A stretch of DNA of 62,186 nucleotides, filler included, from Globobulimina sp. (GCA_003354225.1; 23 parts of 23 records of this genome joined end to end with filler, not necessarily neighbours in it); one strand, 5' to 3'; positions 33,891 to 45,673 are shown, counted from the whole stretch's first letter. Made by a program: numbers and translations. Notes: generated by a model from the sequence alone, not told the origin.

Positions 33891-34934
33891 ATGTCTCGGT
33901 ATCTTATAACAGGTGCACAAGGATTCTTTGGTGCATGGATTATAAAGAAATTGTTGGATGACAATCATGTGAGCTCAGCATCTGATATAATAGCATGTGA
34001 TATCAGAGAAAATAATGGAATATTCAAGCAATTATTACAGCCATCGCAGATTGCTAGTTTAAATCGTGAATATTTTGATATTACGAATTTCAAAGCCTTA
34101 CAATCTGTATTAGATACATACAAACCACATTACGTGATCCATTTGGCTGGCTTACAAATACCAACCTGTCGGGCACGACCAGTGTTAGGTGGCACAGTGA
34201 ATGTAATTGGTACATTGACTGTATTTGAATGTGTCAAGCAATATAATGATAACAAAAACGATATTCATAAAATAAAATCAATAATATACGCATCTTCAGC
34301 AGGTATCTGTGGTAAGAAAGAGGATTATTTACCAAACACATATGCGGATGATGCAGATATTCATGTCCCCAGGACACAATATGGTGTATTTAAATTATGC
34401 AATGAAGGGAATGCAAGAATATATTTCCAAGACCATGGTGTATCGTCAGTTGGTTTGCGTCCTTTGACGGTATATGGAGCGGGAAGAGAAGTTGGATTGA
34501 CCTCTGATGCGACCAAAGCAATCAAAGCTTCTGTGTTAGGATTGCCATTTAAAATGGGTTATTGTGGCACGACGTTATTTCAATATATTGAAGATATCGC
34601 TGAGGTATTTATTAGATGTTCAACACAATGTGTTTCTAAACCGGGTGCCTATGTTGGTGGTATTGTTGGAGTAACAATGGATTGTCAAGATTTTCTAAGA
34701 CATTTATTCAAATTAATACCTGATGCAGCTAAATATGTGCGTATTAAAACAGATGCGATTGTGTTGCCTTTCCCTGACCGAATGACGCAAAATACTTTGG
34801 ATAATTTGTTTAAAGGACAAAGGCCATTGACACTTACATCTGTTCCTGATGCAATACGGAGGATTGTTCAACAATTTCAAGAGCTTAAAAGGCAAAATAG
34901 ATTACATGCTCGTGACTTGCCATCAAAATTGTAA
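33891..34934 (+). CDS. NAD-dependent epimerase/dehydratase (extended SDR)
   Basis: YLITGAQGFFG, VIHLAG, VNVIGT, YASS, catalytic YGVFK, LRPLTVYG. Intronless. Confidence 0.9.
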   Translation: MSRYLITGAQGFFGAWIIKKLLDDNHVSSASDIIACDIRENNGIFKQLLQPSQIASLNREYFDITNFKALQSVLDTYKPHYVIHLAGLQIPTCRARPVLGGTVNVIGTLTVFECVKQYNDNKNDIHKIKSIIYASSAGICGKKEDYLPNTYADDADIHVPRTQYGVFKLCNEGNARIYFQDHGVSSVGLRPLTVYGAGREVGLTSDATKAIKASVLGLPFKMGYCGTTLFQYIEDIAEVFIRCSTQCVSKPGAYVGGIVGVTMDCQDFLRHLFKLIPDAAKYVRIKTDAIVLPFPDRMTQNTLDNLFKGQRPLTLTSVPDAIRRIVQQFQELKRQNRLHARDLPSKL

Positions 34935-35510
34935 AAACTAAACTTGTGCGGTTCAATATGTTTGTAAACACACGTTTTTTTTTTACAGAAACGGAAGTGC
35001 TCAAGACTATAAATCTGACATAATACATGGCACTAAATGGAAAAGGTTGACATCAACGCCTATGTGTTCTACCTTGACTAGAAAGAAAATGAAGCAACAC
35101 ACATTTACTTTATTTAGTNNNNNNNNNNNNNNNNNNNNNNNNNNNNNNNNNNNNNNNNNNNNTTAATTAATTAANNNNNNNNNNNNNNNNNNNNNNNNNN
35201 NNNNNNNNNNNNNNNNNNGCAACGTTTTTTTTTTGTTTTTAGTTTATTTTTGTTTTTAAATAAGAGCCTCAATTGATTGAGATATTCAATTTCGTTGTAT
35301 GCAGTTTCTGTGCAGGTGGTGTGTTGAAGAACGAATTTAAATATATGTAGAGATGTCAAGAATCGTATGATCATGAGGATCCATTTTTGACTGCAGAATA
35401 TCAAGCGAGACTGTAATTTGATTAGTTTGCTACTTATATTAAAGTTTGGTGCACTTGCTCCCTAAATATAAACAAGCAACCAATAAAGTTATCCAAAAAT
35501 ACAAAAATTA

Positions 35511-37825
35511 CTACCACCAACTTTTTAAACCCCATCCTTTCTTTTTTTTTCTTCCAACTTTACGTGACGGCCGTTGTTGTTGTTGTTTTGCAGCTAATAG
35601 ATTTTTTTTAATTTCTAAATGTTGTTTCCATGGATTATAATCTTCATCCATTGCATTTTTAATAACTTCCTGATCTTTTTTAAGTGCTTGTAATGACGAA
35701 ACACGTGCTTGCCATCCAGTTTTTCTTTCTTGTTTTTCCGATTCAATCAATGTATCCAAATATTCATCTTGATCCAACACATTTGCTCGCAATGCAATCT
35801 TTTGTAATTTATTGATACAATCTCGAACATTTTTAATTAAATAATTTAATTTTTTTTCATGCTCAAAAAAATCACTACTTAATCCATCAATCATTTGTGC
35901 TTTGGTTGATTTATCACTATTAGCTTTGACATATTTTGCTTTCAACTCTTGCGATGTCACCGTATGTGGCACATCAGTATATGTTATAACATATGGTACA
36001 TTCGAATGCTTTTTCCAATGACATTTATGTTTACAAACTGTACAATAACCTCCACTCATCGAAACACATCCACTTTTATCGGAATCTTCTGCTATACCAC
36101 AACCATTATGACACGTAAAATTACATACTAAGCAGGTCGTGGTATGGATACCGGTGCCCAGTGGTACTTTCTTAATTTGAGGTCGTGTTGTTTTCACCGT
36201 AAAATTCTTACTATGCGCAATGTCGTCATTTAGTTGGCTAATAAACGTAAGCTGTGTCTTAATATTATCCAATACACTCAAACCTTGCGATATGACAGGA
36301 CGGATAGATAAAATATACGTTTCTAACTGTTCACGCTCTCTCAATACATTTTTTGTCAATTGTAATGACTTTGGTTGCACTGTCAATATATCTTTAAAAA
36401 ATGCATCAAAACTAATAAGACCCATATCATAAAACATTTTATCAAATTGTTTTGTTTGTTCATTGCCACTCTCTGCATCTTCTAAAAAAAATGCCGAATT
36501 ATTTATTTTATAAAATCGTCGAAATGGAATTTTGCCCTCTTTCAGAGCTGCCAATGCCTGCGGTTTTTTTGCGTCTGCAAATGTAAATAATACAAATATA
36601 TTATCAACGATATCCTTACCAAATATACCTAATACTTGCGCGAATATATATTTTTGTGGCGCAGTTAACCGTGACTGTGGCGCGCGAATAACAAAACATA
36701 CTGCATCGATGGTTTCCATTTCATTTTCAAAAAACGTTTTAATATTTTTAATGATTTTTTTGTCCTGTTCTAAGCCGCGCGTATCCCCAAAGCCAGGCGT
36801 ATCAATCACCGTTAATCCGTAATCCACAATGCTTGGCTCAAAATAATATGAGGTTACTTTATCAGTTTGGCTCATGGCTTGACCCTGTTCTTTGACAGGT
36901 TCTTTGATTAAAATATAACGATATTCATCTTCAAACGTTACTTGATATAAATAATTCATCATTGAATTGATTAATGTTGTTTTGCCAGTGCCGGTCTCGC
37001 CAATTACCATAATTGTCCTATTTCGTCGTCTGGTTGAATTCTTTGGTTGTTTTGCTGTTGCGGCAATTCTATGCAAACCTGGCTTGGGTTTTGGTTTCGG
37101 TTTTGGTTTTTGCTTTTCTTCTTCTTTTTGCTCTGCAAACAACCCTTCTTCTGTGCCCTCACTCTTCTGTACATTATACAAACACATAAGTCACAAACAC
37201 ATAAGTCACAAACACATAAGTCACAAACACATAAGTCACAAACAAGGACACACAACATACTTTTTCTTCATATTCGTCTTTTTTGAATTGATTGACAGCA
37301 TTTATAAATTTTGCCTTTACACCAAATTTTAAACCTAATTCTTGACAAATTTCTTCTAAATTATTATACGAAGCAATAGCTTTAACTGAATCGAAATATA
37401 ACTCATTCTGTAATTTTGTATAAAATCTACCAACCTTATTTGCAACACACCACTCATAAAATGGATCATCTGCTCGTGCCGCTGAGCCAGGTTCTTCCTT
37501 ATATTCCTGCTCCACTTTAAATGTGTCAGTATAGGCAGGTTTTGATTTTGGTTTTGCTTTTGGTTTGGGTTTGGATTTGGATTTTGATTTTTTCATTTTT
37601 GCTTTTTTATCTTCTAAATATAAATGGAATGGTTCGTCATCCTCTTTATCTTCTAAACATTCCGTCAAATCTTCGCAATCATCGACATAAACCGGTTCAC
37701 CATCAACATCTTCATAAATTTTACCCATTCTTCCTTTTATTTTAAATTCGATTCTTGCACATTCCAACAACTCATCATATGTTTCATCGTCTAATTCATT
37801 TAATTCTTTGGGTATTTTAAATATG
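35511..37825 (-). CDS. PB1-SAM-AIG1/septin-like GTPase with Cys/His finger and coiled coil; 5' partial; complement(join(35511..37166,37261..37825))
   Basis: G1 GETGTGKT, SQT, G3 DTPGFGDTRG, FTFAD, and finger CLVCNFTCH..C...C......CTVC..KC.W..H. The upstream exon has PB1 OPCA-like YEDVDGEPVYVDDCEDL and SAM-like EWCVANKVGRFYTKL...ELGLKFGVKAKFINAV. Phase-0 intron at 37167-37260. Confidence 0.8.
37178..37244. repeat. Intronic minisatellite (ACAAACACATAAGTC) x4.5
   Basis: Perfect 15-bp tandem copies inside the 94-nt intron. Confidence 0.95.
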
Positions 37826-38172
37826 NNNNNNNNNNNNNNNNNNNNNNNNNNNNNNNNNNNNNNNNNNNNTTAATTAATTAANNNNNNNNNNNNNNNNNNN
37901 NNNNNNNNNNNNNNNNNNNNNNNNNGTGTTTCAACAGCTTCCATTGATTTGTAGCAATATCGGCGTTAATTTGAGCGTTAAACAGAAAAAAGATCAATAA
38001 TCAATTAATCGCTGTTCTAAAGATTACTTTCCCAGCACTTTGGTTTTTAGATCCTATGTGTCGTTATCACCATCTCCCTGATGTGCGGGGATAATCAAAA
38101 AAACTGTTGTGTCGCAAAAAAACATTCTTCCCAAACCATCCTTCCGTTAATCGACCAGAAATTAATTACAAA

Positions 38173-39856
38173 ATGTTGTCGATCATATTGGCCATATTTT
38201 TCGCATATAATGATATAAAATTGGCACAGGCGGTTAGCTGTAAACAAGTAGATTGTGCGCCAGGTTTTCGATGTAGCAATGGAAGATGTAAAGAAATTGC
38301 AAATTTTTGTTTAACTGATGATGACTGCACAGTCAATCCGAAAAAATCGCTATGCCGAAATAATAAATGTGTCAATGCTAAAGGTATTGGTATATCTGTT
38401 ATATATAAATTCATTTAATCAAATATAGAGTGTTTAACCGATATACAACATATAATACATAGAGTGTTTAACCGATATTCCAGTTTGTTGTGAGGGCACA
38501 ACATTTAATAATCAATGTTAAGCAAAGAAAAGTGGGGAAACAAATTGTTTTGAAGGAGCATGTATTTTCTGTGGAGGTTTTGCAGCATTCACATGTCCGA
38601 AAGGCAGAGAATGTGTCGACACACCGAACGATGGATGTGATCCACTAAACGGAGGTGCCGATTGTGGCGGTTATTGTGCAGAATGCGTACCATCAAAACC
38701 AGTTTGTCCGGCAGCTGAAAAACCAGTTTGTTGTGATGGTACACAATTTTTCAACCGATGTGAAGCAAATAATCAATGTGCTACAAACTGTGTTGAAGGA
38801 ACATGCGGACCGCCAGGTACAAATCTATTTTTTTCATGTCAATACAACAGAAAAAACAAACCTACGCGTTTCTAACGTTAACAGCTTGTGTTCCGGCAGA
38901 TGTACACTACATTGCTGATCCTCAAACCTGTCCATTAATTAGCTTCGTTTGTGTACCGGGTACCATACCTTGGTTTGACACAAATTGTGGTTGTGGCTGT
39001 CAACAAGGTACTGCATTTACAGCCTGTTTTATTAGTTCTATATGAGTCTAATAATATATGTACAGATCCTAGTCCATGTCCAACAACATTGTCTCCAGTT
39101 TGCTGTGAAGGCGATACGTATGACAATCAATGTGCAGCTGATGTGGGTGGAGCAGTAAACTGTTTTGATGGTCAATGTGAATTTTGTGCAGGTAAAACAG
39201 GACAAACATGCATAAACACAGCAGATTCATGTGAAGATATTCCAAATGATAGATGCCACTCAGTCAGAGGTGGTGTAGATTGTGGTGGTTATTGTAAAGC
39301 ATGTGTGCCATCACCAGATGGAGCATGTGCCACATACTACGATCCCTTTTGTTGTGATGGACGGGAATATAGCAACGATTGTTTTGCGAGGTTAGAATGT
39401 GCACAAAATTGTGTTAATGGGCTATGTGGTATGTTATCATTATTAATATGTTTTTGAATATGCTTTTTTTATATTGATCTGTACTTTGTTGTTGATATAG
39501 TGTGTCCAGACGTTGTTGATGTAGTTTGCTGTGAAGGGGCAACATTTGACAATAAATGCGAGGCAGCAAGACGAGGCGCACAAAATTGTTTTTCTGGAGC
39601 ATGTGAATCGTGCGGTGGACCAAACGGAATAATATGTTCCAAATCGGATAAAGAATGCGTAGATGTTCCAAATGATGGATGTGATCCATTGGAAGGTGAT
39701 ATTGATTGTTTAGGATATTGCAGCGGATGCACACCTTCTGTAGGTTTATGTACTTTGATTTATGATCCTGTTTGTTGTAATGGTCAAACGTATGGTAATA
39801 AATGTCAAGCATCACATGATTGTGCTCGTAATTGCCAACCAGGTGCATGTCCTTAA
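38173..39856 (+). CDS. Secreted Cys-rich multi-Kazal protease-inhibitor-like protein, multi-exon, with one in-frame TAA
   Basis: Signal peptide MLSIILAIFFAYNDIKLAQA. Repeated CPxxxxPVCCxGxTYxNxCxA...NCxxGxC units alternate with CGG...C...ECVDxPNDGCDP..G.DC.GYC units. TAA at 38519-38521 where a paralogous repeat has Glu. Confidence 0.8.
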
Positions 39857-40632
39857 AAAACGTTTTTGAGTGTTATTTGTGTTTGAATTATATTCTATGT
39901 TGCTTTTTTCGTAAATTATTTATTTCTATTTTTTTCTTATTTCTGTTGAAATTAACTTTCTTTAATAACTTTTTCCGAAACAAATCAGACAAATTATTAA
40001 AAGTTAGAGCATAGTCCATTGATAAACCAACCGTGTGTAGTGTGCAAGGATAATTGAAATCATTTGTCTGTGACAACTCAATTTGTCTATGACAATTCAG
40101 TAATTAAAGAGAATAAAATAATTAATAATGATCAAAAAAATTTAATGGATGTTTTTGGTGACAATGAATAACGAATAAACCATGTCATTACATTCATTTC
40201 AAAACGCTTCCATCAATTTGTTACAACATAAAACCATACACACACAAAAAACACATTTTTATACAAAAAAAACACATTTTAAACAAAAAAAATAATACTT
40301 AAGCATAAATAGTTAAATTCCTATATAAAAAAAATTATTTATACTTTTCACCTTTTTATCTTAATAATAATACTCATAATACTCACTTTTTGTAATTTCT
40401 TTAATTTTATTAATAATATGTTTGCCATATCTCAGTCCTTTTAAATTCCCAATATTTTTCTTTATAAAATATATCAATTTCGACTGTTGTTTATGACTCG
40501 AATGAATTAATAACTTTTGAATCACATAATTTNNNNNNNNNNNNNNNNNNNNNNNNNNNNNNNNNNNNNNNNNNNNTTAATTAATTAANNNNNNNNNNNN
40601 NNNNNNNNNNNNNNNNNNNNNNNNNNNNNNNN

Positions 40633-40751
40633 ATTTGCTTCTAACGGAAGTGTTCTGTCTTATAATGATACACCAAGGATGGTGTTTTTATTTATATAAT
40701 ATCAAAGTGAATGATTTGATGTGTGTGTGATTCTGTTTTATCAAATTCCGT
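40633..40751. repeat. 119-bp exact terminal direct repeat of contig 16 (copy at 43121-43239)
   Basis: ATTTGCTTCTAACGGAAG...TCAAATTCCGT is identical at both ends and includes the 3' end of the membrane-protein ORF. Confidence 0.97.
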
Positions 40752-41002
40752 AAAATTGTTGTTAAATCCGATAAAAATCGGTTGTAAAATATGTGTTTTA
40801 ACTAAAAAGTTCAATGTCAAATTAATTCAATAGTGTTTTTTTCTATGGATCATATTATTTTATGATCGAATCAATTTGATGGGTATGGAGTTTAATAGAT
40901 ACACACATGTTCACTTTGGCAATTCAATCAAGATAAAACAAAAATATAATATAATGTACACACGATTAAAGCAATAATTTACACAACAATAATAAAAAAT
41001 AT

Positions 41003-41865
41003 TCACTCCAAAATTGCTTCCATTTGTACAATTTTCAACCACACAAATGGAGCGTAAACATTTGGATGATTTGGCTTCAATCTCCTTCTTTTTTGTGCAT
41101 TGGATTGCTTCTGTTGTTTCTGCTCCTCCTTTTCAATATCCTCGTCAGATTTAGGACTACACTGTAACGTAATTTTAAATTTGCTTCCTTCAATTCTATC
41201 TTTCAATCTTTTTAGTGCAGAAAGATTCAATTCTTTTAATTGTGCAATGTCCATCCCTTGATACAAATGTGCCTTTGCACAGTCTTCATTCACCAAAACA
41301 AGAAAATTCTGATATCCACAAAAATCTTTGATTGTGACAGCTCTTGTGTACATGAATGCTGTGGTAATGCTAATTCGCTTGTCTTTGGTATACAAAGTGT
41401 CCGTTTTGTTCTCAGTATTGAGTCCAACAAATTCACCAACCGTTTTCGTTCTTACTATTGAGCCCAACTTAAAAATGCACTCGTTCACAGACGAAGATAA
41501 CTTAAAAATTGAAACAACTCTCTAATATTGTCTCTGTAAATTCGCCGAAAAACTCAAAATTGAACACAATTTCGAATGTGTCCCATACTAATCTCTAGAA
41601 AACTTAGACTTTTTATAATGGCTGGCGTTTGTTGCATCCACTGCAAAAAATATATGGAACAATTTTAAAACGATCCTTGCAAACAATTGAGGCCATTAAA
41701 ACAAAAATAAAAAAAAAAGAAAAAAAATATGAATATGTACAGGATTACAACAAGATTGTATATGCATTGGATGTCAATGTCGTAGAAATGATTGGTATCC
41801 TTATAATCCTCCAGCAAATAACTAATTTGCCACCTCCATTCTTGCTTAGTTTCGAATATATTCAT
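41003..41865 (-). pseudogene. RPA70 C-terminal (DBD-C)-like OB-fold with zinc-ribbon remnant, disrupted
   Basis: Exon ..DTNHFYDIDIQCIYNLV, a GT-AG intron, then DRFKIVPYIFCSGCNKR (compare RPA70C YxACxxCNKK). After stops and a frameshift it reads FMYTRAVTIKDFCG..FLVLVNEDCAKAHLYQGMDIAQLKEL..RIEGSKFKITL. Confidence 0.55.
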
Positions 41866-42339
41866 ATCATTTCAGATAATATCAATGCTTTGCTATGGAT
41901 AAATAAATTGCAAATAACTTATGATTATATAATTATTAAATATGTAAAACAAATCATTTCATGTATTAATACATTATATACCAAATACAATTTGCGTATC
42001 AAATTTAAAAAAAAATGTAAACGCGACACAAATCATGGTATTCGTGTTGCCAAAAATAAAAATAAAAACTGAGAAGACTGCAAAGAAACTGATAACTAAT
42101 TCGATAATAAAAATAAAAAAATGTTCAAATATTCATTCTCGCGTGATGACCATTTATTATCTCATAATATATACAAATGGCGACGTCATATATTAATTCA
42201 CTTTTATCCATTGCAGGAACTCAGACTGCCACTACGCATCGCGCCTAATTTTGCAATTGCGCTCTGGTCACATTTCACTCAATTTGTATTATCATATTCG
42301 TGATCAAGTGTAGTTCCAGAGAAAGTCGTCGAATTAGCA

Positions 42340-43218
42340 ATGCAGAAAAAAGGCAATAATGACCCAACAAAAGTCAGAAAGAAAATCAGACTGAGATCAC
42401 AATTTTATGATCAGCTCATACCTGAAAAAAAGTTTCGAGGAAGATTCACAGTGCCAGTACTCATCGGTTTTATCAGTATTTTGGTATTTGGATTACATCA
42501 CAAATACAATTATTATCAGATATGTGCAATATTGATTTTATTCATAGGATATGCTATCGTGGTGATTTTCCTATTACTGATCCACTCCGCACCACATTTA
42601 CATTACATTCGTATAAGAAGGAAACCATCTGATTATGCATCGTTATTATTTATTCCGTATGGAGTAGAGGAAGATACTGCACTTCCAATCTCTTCTTTTT
42701 CTCAATGTATTGGACTTCGAGGAACGAATATTGAGAAAATTGCATCCGCTGCCTTGTATTTATCTGTTGGGGTTGGACTCAGCTGCTGCGTACTGCGGTT
42801 GGTGACAAATTATGAAATCAAACAAGAGATTGCAACAGATGCACTTTGCTCATTTCTGTTTGTGTTTGGTTTATGGATGCTTAATGTGTATCAAATTGAA
42901 ATTGATTATGGAATTGATCACTTGTTTCATATGTTTGGTGTTTGTTGCTATTTTGCTGGAAGTATATTTAGCAGCGGTATTCAACAAGAATTTAGTTACG
43001 GATGGCTTCAGTTTGTATCAGTAACAACTGTAGGAATGTGTCTTTATTTAGCGGGTGTTGGTGCATGTTCGCTAATGGATTTTGAACCCATGTCAAAAAA
43101 AGTTCATTGGATGAGTTTATATTTGCTTCTAACGGAAGTGTTCTGTCTTATAATGATACACCAAGGATGGTGTTTTTATTTATATAATATCAAAGTGAAT
43201 GATTTGATGTGTGTGTGA
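42340..43218 (+). CDS. Multi-pass membrane protein of unknown function
   Basis: 292-aa intronless ORF with about 7 hydrophobic helices and a DHLFHMFG His motif. Confidence 0.7.
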   Translation: MQKKGNNDPTKVRKKIRLRSQFYDQLIPEKKFRGRFTVPVLIGFISILVFGLHHKYNYYQICAILILFIGYAIVVIFLLLIHSAPHLHYIRIRRKPSDYASLLFIPYGVEEDTALPISSFSQCIGLRGTNIEKIASAALYLSVGVGLSCCVLRLVTNYEIKQEIATDALCSFLFVFGLWMLNVYQIEIDYGIDHLFHMFGVCCYFAGSIFSSGIQQEFSYGWLQFVSVTTVGMCLYLAGVGACSLMDFEPMSKKVHWMSLYLLLTEVFCLIMIHQGWCFYLYNIKVNDLMCV

Positions 43219-43339
43219 TTCTGTTTTATCAAATTCCGTNNNNNNNNNNNNNNNNNNNNNNNNNNNNNNNNNNNNNNNNNNNNTTAATTAATTAANNNNN
43301 NNNNNNNNNNNNNNNNNNNNNNNNNNNNNNNNNNNNNNN

Positions 43340-43986
43340 GGATGGCTTTTTTCACGTGGTTGTGGGATATATGGCTTAGGGTGCGCAGCAGCCAAGGCAT
43401 AGGTCAACCACAGCCACGGTATAAAAAGGCCCATGATAAATAACTCATATAAATTATTCACTCCTTTCAAATAATGCGCTACTGCGAAATGACTAATTTT
43501 TAATACCCCATCAGTTGTAAATAAAATATGCTCCGCAGTCAAGTCTCGATGCACAATTCCAAGATTATGCAAATACTGCAATGATTTGGCTAAAATAAAT
43601 GTGATTTTTGCCGCTTTTGTTTCTGTAAAGTGTTTGTTTGGAGAACGTGCTATCTCTTCAAATAGATTGTGATTTTTGCACAAAGGAAGAATTATTTTTA
43701 TTTCATTAATATTGTCAAACACATCGATGCTGTTTATGATATATGGAAAATTGATTAATTGTAAAATGCGTATTTCATACTGCAATGCGTTTAATTCTGT
43801 GCGAGTTAAATATTTTCTGTTAAGTATTTTTACTGCAAACTCGTTTTTTGTTGATTTATGAATGCAGCGATTTATTTTGGAGAATGAACCATTGCCAATG
43901 GTTTCCAATAATGTGTATATCCCTTCAAATGTATGTTGCGATGATTTACTTTTATCATTCTGCTCAATGTTCTGCTGGTTCCCCAT
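43340..43986 (-). CDS. CaMK-like protein kinase domain with degenerate catalytic motifs; N-myristoylation motif; 3' partial
   Basis: MGNQQ start. IGNGSFS, FAVK, EIRIL, HRDLTAEH (canonical HRDLKPEN) and LKISHFAVA (canonical DFG). Confidence 0.8.
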
Positions 43987-44249
43987 TCGGAGATGACTAG
44001 TAAGTTGAGTACGATCACTAACACTTTTTTTTAATTTTTATAAGCTTCATCCTCCCACTACCAAAGTCTTAATACATATGTTATCCAGAACATTTTGTAG
44101 AAAGTAAGAACAATTGAAAGAATACGAACAAAACAGAACAAAAAACGAACGGATATCGAACAAAAAATAGAACCAAAACAAAAATAGAACGTATTCATTA
44201 ATATTTTTTGTTGGTTGGTTTTTGTTCCGGGTTTGTTCGTGTTTTGACT

Positions 44250-45673
44250 GATAATATTACTTAAAAGCACACGCATTGTGTATTGCAGAATATTATCATT
44301 GCAAATCAGTATGCAATATTCTATCATTTCATAATTTGCCCCACTTTTATATATTTTCTAATATATATACAGAGCATGGAAGGCAATTAACCCCCAAACT
44401 ATTCCACAAATCATCAATCAAACACACAAAGTCATACATAACAAAAGGATCAGCATCCACTGCCACATTGGCTGCTTATTTATCCACTGGCATTGTACCG
44501 CAGCAATGTAAGCTATGTTAATTAATATCATATTGTACTAATTTATTATTTTTGCATGCATTATAACTGATAATTAGGGCTTTGTGGTTTGTTTGGCGGA
44601 GCAATGATCGGTGGTTCATCCGTTTTGATGCTTGCATTCCACGGACGCATTGCGGGCATTTCTGGCATAGCCACAAATGTAATGAATTCTGTATTTGTGT
44701 TAGGTAGAAATAAAAGAGCATTGGCAGCCTGCAGTCAATATGGCTTTTTTGCCGGTTTATTAGGTTCGGGAATTTATTGGAACTGGAAAAATCTGAAAAG
44801 AAACAATGGAACCGGTATCCAGTTACCTTGCGCACCAAATAAAGTTCAACCTTTCCAACAATTGACATATTCGCCATATATTATGGCAATCAGTGGCTTG
44901 TTGGTTGGCTTTGGCACACGATTTGGCGCCGGCTGTACTACAGGTTTTTTATCAGAAATTCTTGCATTGTTTTTAATATATTATATATACAAAAAGGACA
45001 TGGAATTTGTGGCTTAGGTCGGAGGTCAATGCGGTCAGTCAGTGCCGTTGGGACATTCTTTTCAATGGCTGTTATATCGGCAACTTTGATAAATAAATAT
45101 TATCCCAATTTATATAAAATGGATGATAAAGTATTCGAATATAAGATTTTGAAACAATTTTCAGAATATGGATTGCCAATAATTGTAACAATGATGCTAT
45201 GCGGTGCTATGTACGCAGGAATGCGGGGAGTCGGAAATGAAAATATATTGTCATTGTTACCATCGAGTTTGTCAGGATTTGGGCTTGGAACTGGTTTGGT
45301 TTACTCCGGCATGACGCGGCCAGATATAATTCGAAGTTTTTTAGATTTGAATACGAATAATTTTGCGAAACATTTTGATCCAACATTGGGATTTGTGTTT
45401 GTTGGGGCATTGGCAATGAGTGTCCCTTTATTTCCATTGGTATTAAGGTTCATGAAAAGACCGATTTTATCAAAAGTATGGCATTTACCAACGAGCACGA
45501 TGATTGATATGCGTTTGCTTGTTGGTTCGAGTATGTTTGGTATCGGTTGGGGTTTAAGCGGAATATGTCCTGGCCCGGGAATTGTTGGTATTGGATCCAC
45601 AGAATATGGATCACCTTTTTATATTTTTATGCTTGCTTTCATTTTGGGCAATAGACTTGTCGTCTTGTTGTAA
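44250..45673 (+). CDS. YeeE/YedE-family (thiosulfate/sulfur transport) two-domain membrane protein, multi-exon; start uncertain
   Basis: GGAMIG...GRIAGISG, GLLVGFGTRFGAGCTT|GHGICG, SGMTRP...FLD, DPTLGFV and FGIGWGLSGICPGP. Introns at 44508-44577 and 44944-44996 restore the frame. Confidence 0.88.

Noticed and set aside
41629..42072. 147-aa plus-strand ORF
   Set aside because: It has a TTG start and A-run-derived Lys/Ile content, and is antisense to the RPA-like exons.
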